A DNA stretch of 33,582 bases from Promethearchaeota archaeon. Its GTDB lineage: Archaea > Asgardarchaeota > Lokiarchaeia > Sigyniarchaeales > SOKP01. The DNA lies in assembly GCA_016930515.1 (NCBI GenBank), contig JAFGGO010000188.1, forward strand, positions 1-33,582, written 5' to 3'. Each line of letters starts with the position of its first letter. The first letter of the stretch is position 1. The notes under the pieces were generated by a model. It worked only from the letters and a program-made list of their open reading frames with translations. It was not told the origin of the DNA and did not search any database. A program made the translations under genes and the position numbers. Positions 1 to 10,216 of the stretch are shown in pieces.

Positions 1-40
1 AAAAGAAATTGAAAAAATAAAGAACTACAAAAAACAATTT

Positions 41-2029
41 TTGAATTATCTTCAATTTGAGCTTCATTTTCTAAAATTTCAAATCGTTGAGACTTTATTC
101 AGTTTTATTTTCGCTTTAGAAAAGGGTGATGATATAGATTTATGGTTTAATCTCACATTTCCAAAAAATATTAGCAACAGGAGTTTTGCTGTTTACGATA
201 AAATTTCAGAATTTAAAAACCGTTGGAACTTAGAGGAATATCTTAAAAAAGAAATTGATTTAGAGCAAAAATCTATCCCTTATTGGAAGTATGTTTTTTT
301 TTACGATAAAGACATATCCGCATGTGGGGTAGATCCCATTGTTATTGAAAATAATATCATTATATTATTGCTCCAAATGGCACAGACATTTTCTGATAGG
401 GAGGATTATAATGCTTATAAGCATGGATTAAGATGCTATTCATCCTCTATGACAGTATCAATTAAACCAGATAATGAAAAGATTTTTACTCAAATGGGTT
501 TTGCAAAAAACGGAATGAATTTTCTGACTAAAAGTAAAAATAACGGAGATATTCTCATTAATTCAACATTTAAATCGTTTTCTCCCAAAGAAGATTTATA
601 CATAATTGAAGAAGCATCAAAACTTTTGAAAAATATCATTAATGTAAGAAAATCTCATTTTAGCGAAGAACAGAATGTCGATATATATTATTGTGAACGT
701 GAAAAAAAGTTTTTCTATTCAGACGATTATACATTATTAGGATTTTCAAAATCAGCAACCTCATCAATTACAATTCTAAAACAAGCAGATATATCATATC
801 AAAAGGGTAAATATGAGGAAGCCATAGTTCGTTTTCAAAAAGTATTACAAGTAGATAATTCCTGTGATATTGCCATTATGGGGTTAGGATATTGTTTTTA
901 TCGTCTTAATAAGTTTAATGAATCCATAAATTATTTCAAAAAATACACGAAAAATAATCGAGCCGAATATTGGAATAGAGCACAATTCACATTAGCTCTT
1001 TGTTATCTTGCTAAAAACGATTTAAAGTCAGCTGATGAAGAATTAACGGTTCTTATAAGTCAATGTTCTGAAGATGACAATATTCTTACTATTTCCAGAT
1101 ACCTCCTTGCAAACATAAAATTGAATCTAAACGAGCAATATTTTAATGAAACGGGAAAAAATAATTCAAGCTATATCAAATCAGCATCGAAATTATTAAA
1201 TAAAACAGAAGAAAATGGTTTTGATAAGCCCGAAATATGGTTTAAACTAGCGCTTGTTGAGACATATTTGAAGCAATACGAAAAAGCTAAGATGATATAC
1301 AAAAAAATAGAACACAATTTTCCAGATGATATTGCAGCTAAATTGAACCTTGCTCATTTAGAAATAGATTTGAACAGAGATCTATCACTTGCCGAGACAT
1401 ACTTAAACGAATGTTTAGAATTAGATGATAATCACTTTAATACATTGGTAGGTCTCTCGGTCATAAAAATGAAACAAAAAAAGCAAGACGAATGCTATGA
1501 AATTAGTCAGAAATTACTTTCTTTAGCCAAAAATCCCATAGAAAAAAAGATTGCTTTTAACAATATGGGATGGTATTACTTCGAACTTGGAAATAATGAA
1601 GAAGCATTAAAGTATTTCAAAAATGCTCTTAAAATAGATGATTCTTTTGATAATTCCATAAATGGATATATGGATTGTTTGTGGAATCAAGGAAAATTTA
1701 ATGAGATTATAGAATTTACAAAGAATTATGAATTTAAAGATAAAAATAAATTTTATTTAAAAAAAAGAGCTTATGCTTTTTCACAATTGAATGACCACGA
1801 AGAAGCTATAGGCATAATTGATAAATTGATTGAACTTTTTGATGATGATAAAAGATTTTTAAGCGATTTATACGATTCCAAAGCAGATATTTTAGAGAAA
1901 AAAGGGGAGATTGATGGTGCATTGAATTATTTTCAAAAATCATTAGATACGGGAACTGGAGATTATGAATTTACTCCTGAAACAAGGGAGAAGTTAGAAA
2001 ATTTAAAGGCAAAATATAAAAAAATATAG
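41..2029 (+). CDS. TPR-repeat protein with an uncharacterised N-terminal domain (true start may lie upstream of the window)
   Basis: Multiple TPR consensus repeats, e.g. ADISYQKGKYEEAIVRFQKVLQVD and AFNNMGWYYFELGNNEEALKYFKNALKID; very AT-rich. Confidence 0.85.
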   Translation: MNYLQFELHFLKFQIVETLFSFIFALEKGDDIDLWFNLTFPKNISNRSFAVYDKISEFKNRWNLEEYLKKEIDLEQKSIPYWKYVFFYDKDISACGVDPIVIENNIIILLLQMAQTFSDREDYNAYKHGLRCYSSSMTVSIKPDNEKIFTQMGFAKNGMNFLTKSKNNGDILINSTFKSFSPKEDLYIIEEASKLLKNIINVRKSHFSEEQNVDIYYCEREKKFFYSDDYTLLGFSKSATSSITILKQADISYQKGKYEEAIVRFQKVLQVDNSCDIAIMGLGYCFYRLNKFNESINYFKKYTKNNRAEYWNRAQFTLALCYLAKNDLKSADEELTVLISQCSEDDNILTISRYLLANIKLNLNEQYFNETGKNNSSYIKSASKLLNKTEENGFDKPEIWFKLALVETYLKQYEKAKMIYKKIEHNFPDDIAAKLNLAHLEIDLNRDLSLAETYLNECLELDDNHFNTLVGLSVIKMKQKKQDECYEISQKLLSLAKNPIEKKIAFNNMGWYYFELGNNEEALKYFKNALKIDDSFDNSINGYMDCLWNQGKFNEIIEFTKNYEFKDKNKFYLKKRAYAFSQLNDHEEAIGIIDKLIELFDDDKRFLSDLYDSKADILEKKGEIDGALNYFQKSLDTGTGDYEFTPETREKLENLKAKYKKI

Positions 2030-2271
2030 TCATAAAAATTTAAATTATTATACAGTTTACAACCTTTTTATTCTTCTTCAAACTTTTCCACGGTCAGCTG
2101 CACATAGTCCCCCTTGCTCAGGCCGAGCACCTTGAGTATTTTCTTGTCCAACACGACCCCCAGCGAGTTTCCAACGGTGGTGATTTTTCCAACTGTTTGT
2201 GCTTTTTTCGATGTCACGATCGTAAAAATACAACCAAGTTATTAAAATGTTCGCATTTGATTGCACCCTAA

Positions 2272-2350
2272 TTATAACTAAATTATAACTCTCTCGTTTT
2301 TTAAAAGCTAACCAATACTTGTTATCATATGGTTATAACATATTATAACC
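2272..2350. promoter_or_regulatory. Four TTATAAC motifs, including the near-perfect inverted repeat GGTTATAACATATTATAACC (2331-2350); putative operator/promoter
   Basis: Read directly from the sequence upstream of the 2383/2739 ORFs. Confidence 0.45.
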
Positions 2351-2382
2351 TCATAAAATAAATTAACAAACAAAAAAGCGAG

Positions 2383-2769
2383 TTGTTTAAAAAAGTGAAA
2401 TGTACAACATCTACAAGCTTGGCTTGTAAAAACGACGAGGAATGGGAAGCAGAGATATTGAAAGCGTGGACGAACTCCGAGGGTGTTGAATGTCGCTTAG
2501 TTTTTCAATCGAGATCGCAAGACATTGCAGATTCTCCCGTTCCAAAAGACGAAAAAAGCCAATCGAACAGGCCGATTTTTCGAGGACTTCGATGGGCGTA
2601 CACCACGCCGAAGGGGGGCGTTTTGTTCAAGCGAAACTCCCACGAGGCGTGGATACCAGAAAAAGCTATCGCAGGTAGCTACGATAAGGATAAAGGCATC
2701 CTTCAAGACATCTCGGTTTACTCGTGGTTTACCGTTAATTGGAAAGAATCGATCGCTCGAGGAAGATAA
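2383..2769 (+). CDS. Hypothetical protein
   Basis: 128-aa ORF overlapping the start of the next gene; no recognised motif. Confidence 0.4.
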   Translation: MFKKVKCTTSTSLACKNDEEWEAEILKAWTNSEGVECRLVFQSRSQDIADSPVPKDEKSQSNRPIFRGLRWAYTTPKGGVLFKRNSHEAWIPEKAIAGSYDKDKGILQDISVYSWFTVNWKESIARGR

Positions 2770-5132
2770 AATTGATAGAAAAAAAAGAAGCGAAAGAACG
2801 CAAGGCGATAAGGAGCAACCTGCTTCCGAGCAAACGATCAAAATACTCTTTAAATAAGGCGGGTCAGGAGCTCTACGAATTCGTGCTTTTTCAATACCTC
2901 AAGTCCGATGTAGAAGAGCTCAGACTCTCGGCAGCATACGAATCGCTCGCAATAGAGATATATCGAGATGCTCTCAAGGAACAGGTTGATTTTAGCTCTT
3001 TTTACAAAAAGCTAAGCGTTAAAGAACCAAAAGTCGTGTCAGCTGCGTTAGTTTACATCAGCATTCAGGTGAAAGGAATCTATATTTCGTTTCCAAAATT
3101 CTTAGAGCACTTTAATCAACCCGTTTCTCGCTCTTCAATCGGTCAAGGGCAGGCAAGCTTGTTTCGAATGTTGATTCGCCTCGAAAAATATAAAATTCTG
3201 TACGAATTCAGCTCGTTCGCACTTTTAAAAGACAATTACGATGAATCAGTTGAAGCACTCATAAATATCTACGGCGATCGCTTATGTGCAAAGGACATCT
3301 TGTCGCAAAAAGAAATCGCCTCTATCATATCTTTTTTTCGAACCAATAAACGCTTTTTCGAAAGAAAAAACACGAGCCATTATTTAAAAAATCCCAAAAA
3401 TGCAGCAGCAATTTCATGTTACGCTTATCTTTTATTTGAAAAAGACCTTGAAATACCCTTGGTGGACTTTTCGAACTCGATAGAATTCAGGCTTCGCTCA
3501 CGGTTAGACGAGACCCTTTCGGAATCGAAAACGACATATCAAAACGCACCAGATACCCTCAGGAGCGCCAAGCCCGAATTCGTCAGGTTATACTATAAGG
3601 AAGACCTTGAGAATTACAAGAGAAAAGTTTCCTACTGGATCGTGCACTTCGTTCAACTCCTCAAAGATTGGATCTTCTCGAAATCAATCCCGAGCAAGGA
3701 CCTTGAACTCGTTCGAGAATGCTTGAACGGCGAATTCGTTCGGGAATGCGAGCTCTTATTTGATTCGGTAGTAGATAGGGGATTCAAGCCGAGTTATTGG
3801 GGAAAAAACGACATATTCTACTATTATACTCCCAAAATGGCAGCCTTATCGGTCGTATATCGCTCCTGCAGGATTCAAAAGCATCTACAAACTTTAGTTA
3901 ATAAAGCAACATGTAAAGCTCTTGAAGAGGAGGGACTCATCTTGAAACACGAACGAATTAGCTCCGATTACATTTGGAGGAACGACAATTGGCTTCACGA
4001 CAAGCTACGAGACCTCGTGAAAACGAAAAACCAGCGATACACGAGACCGTATTTCACATCCCTTTGCAAGAGGCTGTTAAGGCGATTTTATCACGAGGAA
4101 ACCGATTTCCTGCTCCAATTATACTCCAAAACGGATTTGGAACCCCAAGAATTCGCGGAAAAGCTTAATATCTACGGTAGAACCATTACGTGGCTGGTAC
4201 GACTAATGGAAACGCACAATAAATTCACGGAAGCGCGCGTTTTTCACGCCATTCGACGGTTTATTGAAAGTCACATCCCCAAAGAATCCAAGAATGGCTT
4301 TCTCGCATGGTTAAAAAAGATGCAACAAACGAGGTGCACCTACCTTCGACACAACCACTTCTGTTATCAATTCAAGTACGACCTCTCAAAAGTAGACTCC
4401 CTTCCAGGCTTGAAATCGTACTTGAACGACATTTACGAGGGAAATTTTCCACGAGCGTTGTTCGGGGACCCAAACAGCTTGGGCATCTCTGACCTGAAAT
4501 TCACGGGTTCGAAGACGGAACCCATCACCGCAATATCCGTTAAAGCATATTTCAAGGATATCGTAAGAGAATCTCACTCGCACGAGCTTATCGGTCTTAC
4601 AAGAGCGGTATTCAAGCAATTCAAGGAGAGCAAGATGGGACGCAAGCCCGATCACCCCACCGTTCAGGCACACTTGCTTCGCTATCACGAAAACACGCTC
4701 GCCATTGAAGTCCCCGTTTGGTTGAACGCAGTCGACGGAAGGAAAGCGTTTCGGGGACACATCGCTCTTCTCCTAATTAAAAAAAACACGCTAATGGTGG
4801 TAGATTACAAGCGCGATAAGAGCGAAATGTTCAAGTGCATCCCACAAGTAACTGCCTACGCTCTAGTACTTCAATATCGCTTGGAACAATTAAGCAAGAC
4901 ATCTTTCGAATATAAGTGCGCATCGTTTTCAAAAGATCATTACATCGAATGGGATCTCGCAAGCGCGCTCGAAAAGATCGTGGAATACACCAAACTTCAA
5001 GACGCTTCGAGAAACACCCCACTGACCTATTCAAATAGTTCAGTGAATCTCAACCTAACAAGCGTGTTAGATTCGTTGAAACAGTCGCTCAAATACGATA
5101 AAGTAAACGATTCCAAAAAAATCGAAGTTTAA
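2739..5132 (+). CDS. Multidomain protein: TFIIB/cyclin-like helical repeats, possible HTH, C-terminal PD-(D/E)XK nuclease-like domain
   Basis: AIEIYRDAL...VVSAALVYIS, KNPKNAAAISCY and TPKMAALSVVYRSCR resemble TFB cyclin repeats; the C-terminal AIEVPVW...GHIALL...VVDYK...PQVTAYAL resembles a RecB-like nuclease. Confidence 0.55.
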   Translation: MERIDRSRKIKLIEKKEAKERKAIRSNLLPSKRSKYSLNKAGQELYEFVLFQYLKSDVEELRLSAAYESLAIEIYRDALKEQVDFSSFYKKLSVKEPKVVSAALVYISIQVKGIYISFPKFLEHFNQPVSRSSIGQGQASLFRMLIRLEKYKILYEFSSFALLKDNYDESVEALINIYGDRLCAKDILSQKEIASIISFFRTNKRFFERKNTSHYLKNPKNAAAISCYAYLLFEKDLEIPLVDFSNSIEFRLRSRLDETLSESKTTYQNAPDTLRSAKPEFVRLYYKEDLENYKRKVSYWIVHFVQLLKDWIFSKSIPSKDLELVRECLNGEFVRECELLFDSVVDRGFKPSYWGKNDIFYYYTPKMAALSVVYRSCRIQKHLQTLVNKATCKALEEEGLILKHERISSDYIWRNDNWLHDKLRDLVKTKNQRYTRPYFTSLCKRLLRRFYHEETDFLLQLYSKTDLEPQEFAEKLNIYGRTITWLVRLMETHNKFTEARVFHAIRRFIESHIPKESKNGFLAWLKKMQQTRCTYLRHNHFCYQFKYDLSKVDSLPGLKSYLNDIYEGNFPRALFGDPNSLGISDLKFTGSKTEPITAISVKAYFKDIVRESHSHELIGLTRAVFKQFKESKMGRKPDHPTVQAHLLRYHENTLAIEVPVWLNAVDGRKAFRGHIALLLIKKNTLMVVDYKRDKSEMFKCIPQVTAYALVLQYRLEQLSKTSFEYKCASFSKDHYIEWDLASALEKIVEYTKLQDASRNTPLTYSNSSVNLNLTSVLDSLKQSLKYDKVNDSKKIEV

Positions 5133-5161
5133 ATCTTTTTTATCAAATACCCATTTATAAT

Positions 5162-6898
5162 ATGGAACCATATTTTTATCTCGTTGCTTTCATTTACGCA
5201 CTCGTTTTAATCGCGATTGGTGCCCTGCGCTTGTTGGTGAAATATATTTACGCCAAGAATAACAAGACGGAATCTAATAGAATCATTATATTGTTTTGGA
5301 TCGTTTACGGTGCTTGCTTGGTGGTTCTCGGAATTTTCACTGGATTGGCAATGGTTTCTTATCTAAACGCAAAAAAAGACCTTTTAAACGCCTTGTACAT
5401 GTGTGCGCTCGGACTCTCGTGGGCCGTCTTGATACCCATCGTTCGAAACTCCCGCAGGTTCAAGACCAAGTACCAAATTACAATGGATATCCCGTCAAAA
5501 TGGAAATCGAAGGGCACGATCCGCTTGGGCAAGGTCTTTTATAAAAACAACACCAAGCACCCTTTTTTCTTGAACTTGGAGGACATGGCGCAGCACGTGT
5601 TCGTGTGCGGCATCACGGGCACGGGCAAGAGCAACTTCATGCAAAACTTGCTCTTACAGTTTTCAAGACAACACGGTGAAGTGCCGTTCCTGTTGGTGGA
5701 ATTCAAGGGAGAATATCAGCACCTTCAGAGCAGCATCGACGACCTGCTCATCCTCAAGCCAGGCGTGAACTTCTCGATCAACATTTTTAATCCCGAAAGA
5801 AGCGACCCGCACATTCACGCCGAGCGCATCTACCAGATCTTCGAAAGCGGGGGTCTTCTCGAAAATGTGGACTACACGCCACAGATGGAACGCGTTTTCG
5901 TGGACATCCTCAACAAGGTAGTCGAAAATAAGAAAAACAGGAGCTGGAAGAGGTTTCAGGACATCGCACAACAATATGCTAGCGACGAGCATAATAACGA
6001 CATCACGTTTAAGAAAAGCGTGGTTGCCATCGAAAACAGGATACGCAGGTATAGCGTTGGTACCCTCAAGCACATTTTCGACAAGAAATCGCTCGACGTG
6101 CGAGAATTGTTCAAGCACAAGGTCCTTCTCGACCTCAGTTCCATCATAAGGCTTGGTGGCGAAAAAGAAGACGCCTTGTTCTTCCTCAACATGATCCTCA
6201 AATACCTGTGGGATTGGAACTTGGAACAAGGGAGCAAGAACTACAGCGGCATAAGACATGTGACGGTGATAGAAGACGCTCAATACTTCGCACCGCAGGA
6301 GCTCAGCTCTCGAACGAAGCTCACGAGCTACCTCGAGGACATTGCCCTCCTGCTAAGGGGTACGGGCGAATGTCTCATCACGCTCGCAACGAGGCCGAAC
6401 CTGAGCAAGGAGATCCTCGCCAATTGCGGAGTGTTGGTGGCATTCCAGATCCACATGCAAAAGGACCTCATGCAAGAGCTCCTCAACTTGACAGACTGGC
6501 AGGTAAAATACTTGTCAGAGCTCAAGAAAGGACAATGCATCATGCGCATTAATTCAATTGAAAAACCGTTCGCCCTTCAATCGTCGCTCGTGAAGCGTAC
6601 TTGGCCTTCTGATGAAGAAATAGCAGAAAAAAACAAGTTAATTTTAAGGAAAATAGGGACGAATCTTTCGAAAGAAAAAAGGAGCAACGAGATCGAATCC
6701 ACAAACGAAATGAGCAACAATAAAGTGTTAGTATCTGATCAGTCGCTAAATTTAACAGGTAAAGTAAAACAAGATAAGTTTTATTGCAAATTATGCGGGA
6801 CCCCTTTAAGCGAAGAAACGATTTATTGTAAAGGTTGCGAAAATCGACTCGAATTGGAAGACCTCGTTAAAGAGTTGTACAATAAACAGAACAATTAA
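5162..6898 (+). CDS. Membrane-anchored HerA/VirB4/TraD-like (DUF87-type) P-loop ATPase with a C-terminal Zn ribbon
   Basis: Three N-terminal hydrophobic helices; HVFVCGITGTGKS Walker A; EFKGEY; VIEDAQ Walker B; CKLC...CKGC. Confidence 0.8.
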   Translation: MEPYFYLVAFIYALVLIAIGALRLLVKYIYAKNNKTESNRIIILFWIVYGACLVVLGIFTGLAMVSYLNAKKDLLNALYMCALGLSWAVLIPIVRNSRRFKTKYQITMDIPSKWKSKGTIRLGKVFYKNNTKHPFFLNLEDMAQHVFVCGITGTGKSNFMQNLLLQFSRQHGEVPFLLVEFKGEYQHLQSSIDDLLILKPGVNFSINIFNPERSDPHIHAERIYQIFESGGLLENVDYTPQMERVFVDILNKVVENKKNRSWKRFQDIAQQYASDEHNNDITFKKSVVAIENRIRRYSVGTLKHIFDKKSLDVRELFKHKVLLDLSSIIRLGGEKEDALFFLNMILKYLWDWNLEQGSKNYSGIRHVTVIEDAQYFAPQELSSRTKLTSYLEDIALLLRGTGECLITLATRPNLSKEILANCGVLVAFQIHMQKDLMQELLNLTDWQVKYLSELKKGQCIMRINSIEKPFALQSSLVKRTWPSDEEIAEKNKLILRKIGTNLSKEKRSNEIESTNEMSNNKVLVSDQSLNLTGKVKQDKFYCKLCGTPLSEETIYCKGCENRLELEDLVKELYNKQNN

Positions 6899-6964
6899 TT
6901 ATGAAAGGTCAAAATAAAAAAATATTAAAATTTAGAGTAAGATTCATTGCAAATGAATGACAAC

Positions 6965-7102
6965 CTACTCTTTTTCTTCCTTGTATTCGGGATTGTTCGG
7001 ATTTAATTGATTCGACCTATTATCGACCGAAGCTTGATAAGCAGGGTTGTTCGGGTTCATTGAGTCGGACCTATCGTCGTTTGAACTGCGATTTTTTCCC
7101 AT
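6965..7102 (-). CDS. 45-aa peptide with two NPNN repeats
   Basis: GGAGGT SD upstream of the ATG at 7102; internal repeat DDRSDSMNPNNPAY / DNRSNQLNPNNPEY. Confidence 0.7.
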   Translation of the reverse strand: MGKNRSSNDDRSDSMNPNNPAYQASVDNRSNQLNPNNPEYKEEKE

Positions 7103-7140
7103 AAACTTTACCTCCTTTTGATTGTAATTTTCATAAGCGA

Positions 7141-8052
7141 TTAAAAATTTCCAAAAAGTGTCCTCCACTCTTCTCTCGTTGCATGACCAGAAGCTTTCTT
7201 TAGGGTATTATAAAATTCGTTCAATACCCCTTTAGAATAATCGTCTAATATGGATCTATTGGGATATATTTTATCGGGTATTAAGATCTCATTTCCAATA
7301 ATAAAAGTTGCTTGGTTAAAAAAGGTCTTTAAACCATTTTTCCAATCATTAATTTTAGACTTGAGAAAAATTTGTTCCACGAGGCGCTCTATTACATAGG
7401 ATTTCAAGGGCTTTCCCCAATGAATGTTCCAATATTTAAGCAGTAAGATGAGCTTGGTTGCTTTTCCGTTCCTTAACTTGTTTATCGCGCTCAAAGCTCT
7501 CAAATCCAAGTTAGGATTCACAAATTTCAAGTCATTCATTCCATTAGGCACCCGTAACACATCGTTGTTGTACTTGATAGCTGGAATGCAATCAAAATCG
7601 CTCGACTGAGAGTCATTAAAATATATTCTAATGGGTATGGCGTGGGCGTATGGAAAGTCTTTCAAGATTTCCATGTCAACATTATATCGATTTTTAAGTA
7701 TATCCAAGTGAGTTCTTAGCATGACGAACAATTGACTTCCACGATTAACTCGGTTACTGACGAAATTTCCCGCATAACCTTTCTCAACATATACGAGATA
7801 CGCGTCTACATCGTAATGTTTTCGAATGAGCGTGTGCCTATCAAAGCTTCCTCCGTAATTAAAGTGAAGCAGTTCCATGTCCAATTGATCGTTGAATGCG
7901 GGAAAATACATCGAGCGAGGTTCACGCGATATAACCTTGAGGTGACGAGTGAGATACGCAGTTAGGTTCTTGATGTTCTCTACTTTCCCTTCAGTCACTG
8001 AGATCCTATTAATTAACCGTTCTAACCTGTGTTCGATACTTTTTGGAGACAA
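7141..8052 (-). CDS. SMODS / cGAS-DncV-like (Pol-beta superfamily) nucleotidyltransferase
   Basis: GGSFDRHT...YDVD (GS + DxD), third Asp in FDCIPA, LILLLKYWN, KSYVIE. Confidence 0.8.
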   Translation of the reverse strand: MSPKSIEHRLERLINRISVTEGKVENIKNLTAYLTRHLKVISREPRSMYFPAFNDQLDMELLHFNYGGSFDRHTLIRKHYDVDAYLVYVEKGYAGNFVSNRVNRGSQLFVMLRTHLDILKNRYNVDMEILKDFPYAHAIPIRIYFNDSQSSDFDCIPAIKYNNDVLRVPNGMNDLKFVNPNLDLRALSAINKLRNGKATKLILLLKYWNIHWGKPLKSYVIERLVEQIFLKSKINDWKNGLKTFFNQATFIIGNEILIPDKIYPNRSILDDYSKGVLNEFYNTLKKASGHATREEWRTLFGNF

Positions 8053-8138
8053 ATCACTTATTGAACGATCATTATTATTTAAATGTTATGATATTCCACG
8101 AGTAGAATAAAGAAATTATAGAGTAGGACTACTTCAAA

Positions 8139-8810
8139 TTAAAACAACTTCGTTTGATTCGATTCACGCACGATGGGACACTCAACATACCTCCATCCCT
8201 GCTCCCTGATGATGCTTTCGTACTTTTTCAAGCCACTATATTGAGGCGCAACTATGAAAAAAAAGTTGTACGATTTCGTTGATGGTACGGAATTTGAAAC
8301 ATACTTGGAATACACGTTGAGCTGCCTCATCAGGTCCCCTAAAGTGATGCTTTACGCTTTTACCTCAAAGATCAAGTTCACCAACGATTCTCCCTCCACT
8401 ACTTGAACCACTCCATTACCATCTGCTCTCCTCGGTTTGGGGTGGCTCACGCTGCACGAGACGTGCAAGTCTACGAACCCAATGTCTCTTCCCTCATCGT
8501 TTTCAACTGGCAATTCGAGCGTTTTTTTATGCGGTAGAAACTTCATTTGGTATCGTATTAATAACTCTTCAATGCGATCGTCGTATAAAGACTTGAAGTT
8601 AATTTTAACTAGTATTGGAAGTACCCATTCACGACATATCTCTTCAAGGCTTTCGTCCTTATACAACCACGTGATTATCTTGTCGTGAGACATTGACTTG
8701 AGATCAGGGTCCTTATAACCCATCTTTCCCATCCACGTGGCGTCCGCATTAAGCTTTTTTCTATAACGAGAATTGCTGCGATCGAACGACATTACAATAC
8801 TCTCCATCAT
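8139..8810 (-). pseudogene. PD-(D/E)XK nuclease-like gene interrupted by an in-frame TAA (8352-8354)
   Basis: ORFs 8352-8810 and 8139-8330 share a frame: IGFVDL...IFEVKA*SITLGDLMRQLNVY. Confidence 0.65.
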
Positions 8811-9004
8811 TTAATGTTATTTAAAGAAAAAAAAAACAGATTCTGTTAAAACTGAAAATGAAATTGTAAGCTGGTTGATGAGAATTCTGAGATCCTGAAC
8901 GTCTGCTATTTAGAATTGTATTACTATAATCGCTCAAAATATCAATCTCGAACTTTTTAAGGTAGATTCTAGACCATTTTGTAAAACCATTTAGAATTAT
9001 CTAA

Positions 9005-10216
9005 ATGATCGTTGATCCTAAACCCAAGAGCAAGGCGTTCGATTGGATTTCCACCCAGATGAAAAAAGGTGAGAAATTAGAGTTCGAACGGCTCGGGAAC
9101 TGGGTAATCGCGGGTTCGGGAAACTACGAAAAAACTCAGATCGACGGAAGGTACAGGGAAAGTTGCAACACTTATCGAGGGGCAATCACCTGCGAGCACC
9201 ACAAGACCGAAAGTCTGACGCCTCAATTCACGAGATGTCGCAAGTTTGACTGCGAAACCTGCTTTCCCGCCGCAGCCTCCGAAAAAGCGAGAGACATCGA
9301 ACAAAAATTGTTATCATTTAAGGAATCGGCAATGGATAAAGGAATCGACATTGGAAATTACGCAAGTATCGTCTTGACTTACAAGGCACCATTAACACAC
9401 CTAAAAACCTACGACGCCTTTAAAAAATTGAGACGGAAAGCAGGTTCGATCTTGAAAAGCAATGAACTTTTGGGTGGAGTAATCATTAATCACGCTTGGG
9501 TATTGAAGTGCGGTCATTGCAATCGGAAGCTAGCAGAGTGCCAATGCGAACAAACAAAACTGAAAGCCACAATTAATCACCACTTTCACGCCATCGGGTT
9601 TGGCTTCCTGACGCACTCGAAAGAGTTTCAGAAAAGAAATCCTGGTTGGGTGTACGTGAACCACGGCAGGCGAAAAAGCCTCCACGAAACCCTTTTTTAT
9701 TGCCTGAGCCACTGCGCGCTGTGGAGAAAACCAGACGGAAAATTATATCCCGCTTATGCATACTTCGGGTGGCTCAGCTCTCGCAAGTGCAGGATCGTGG
9801 ACATCAAAACCTCGTGGAGGGCTGTTAGATGCGGTCAATGCAAGAAAGAACTCAGGGAAATAACCGACGGGCTTTCTGTTTCGGGCGACTTACCTTTCTT
9901 CCCCGATAACACATCACTAAAAACGAAAGCCAAGAAGCTCGGAATCGCAATCGAAGGCAAGACGCCCAAAAAAATCAAGCTAGAAATACAAAAACGAGTG
10001 GTAAACAATCAAAATTTCAATTGCTCCCTCGACGAGAGCAGGGTGCGCTTTGGAAATCTCGTGAAATATCGCATCGTTTCGATAGCGTACGAGATAGCAG
10101 ACGTTCAGGATCTCAGAATTCTCATCAACCAGCTTCGCGCGTATAGAAAACGGGATCGAAAACGAGCGATAGAACTAGCAAAACTCGCTCTAAAAGCGAC
10201 TGGAGAATACGGATAG
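9005..10216 (+). CDS. HUH rolling-circle initiator/transposase-like endonuclease with Zn-finger motifs
   Basis: N-terminal C..CRKFDCETC, motif I SIVLTY, motif II HHFHAIGFG (HUH), motif III TLFYCLSH; extra CxxC pairs. Confidence 0.7.
   Translation: MIVDPKPKSKAFDWISTQMKKGEKLEFERLGNWVIAGSGNYEKTQIDGRYRESCNTYRGAITCEHHKTESLTPQFTRCRKFDCETCFPAAASEKARDIEQKLLSFKESAMDKGIDIGNYASIVLTYKAPLTHLKTYDAFKKLRRKAGSILKSNELLGGVIINHAWVLKCGHCNRKLAECQCEQTKLKATINHHFHAIGFGFLTHSKEFQKRNPGWVYVNHGRRKSLHETLFYCLSHCALWRKPDGKLYPAYAYFGWLSSRKCRIVDIKTSWRAVRCGQCKKELREITDGLSVSGDLPFFPDNTSLKTKAKKLGIAIEGKTPKKIKLEIQKRVVNNQNFNCSLDESRVRFGNLVKYRIVSIAYEIADVQDLRILINQLRAYRKRDRKRAIELAKLALKATGEYG

Noticed and set aside
2078-2266. 62-aa minus-strand ORF
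   Set aside because: No motif or clear start signals
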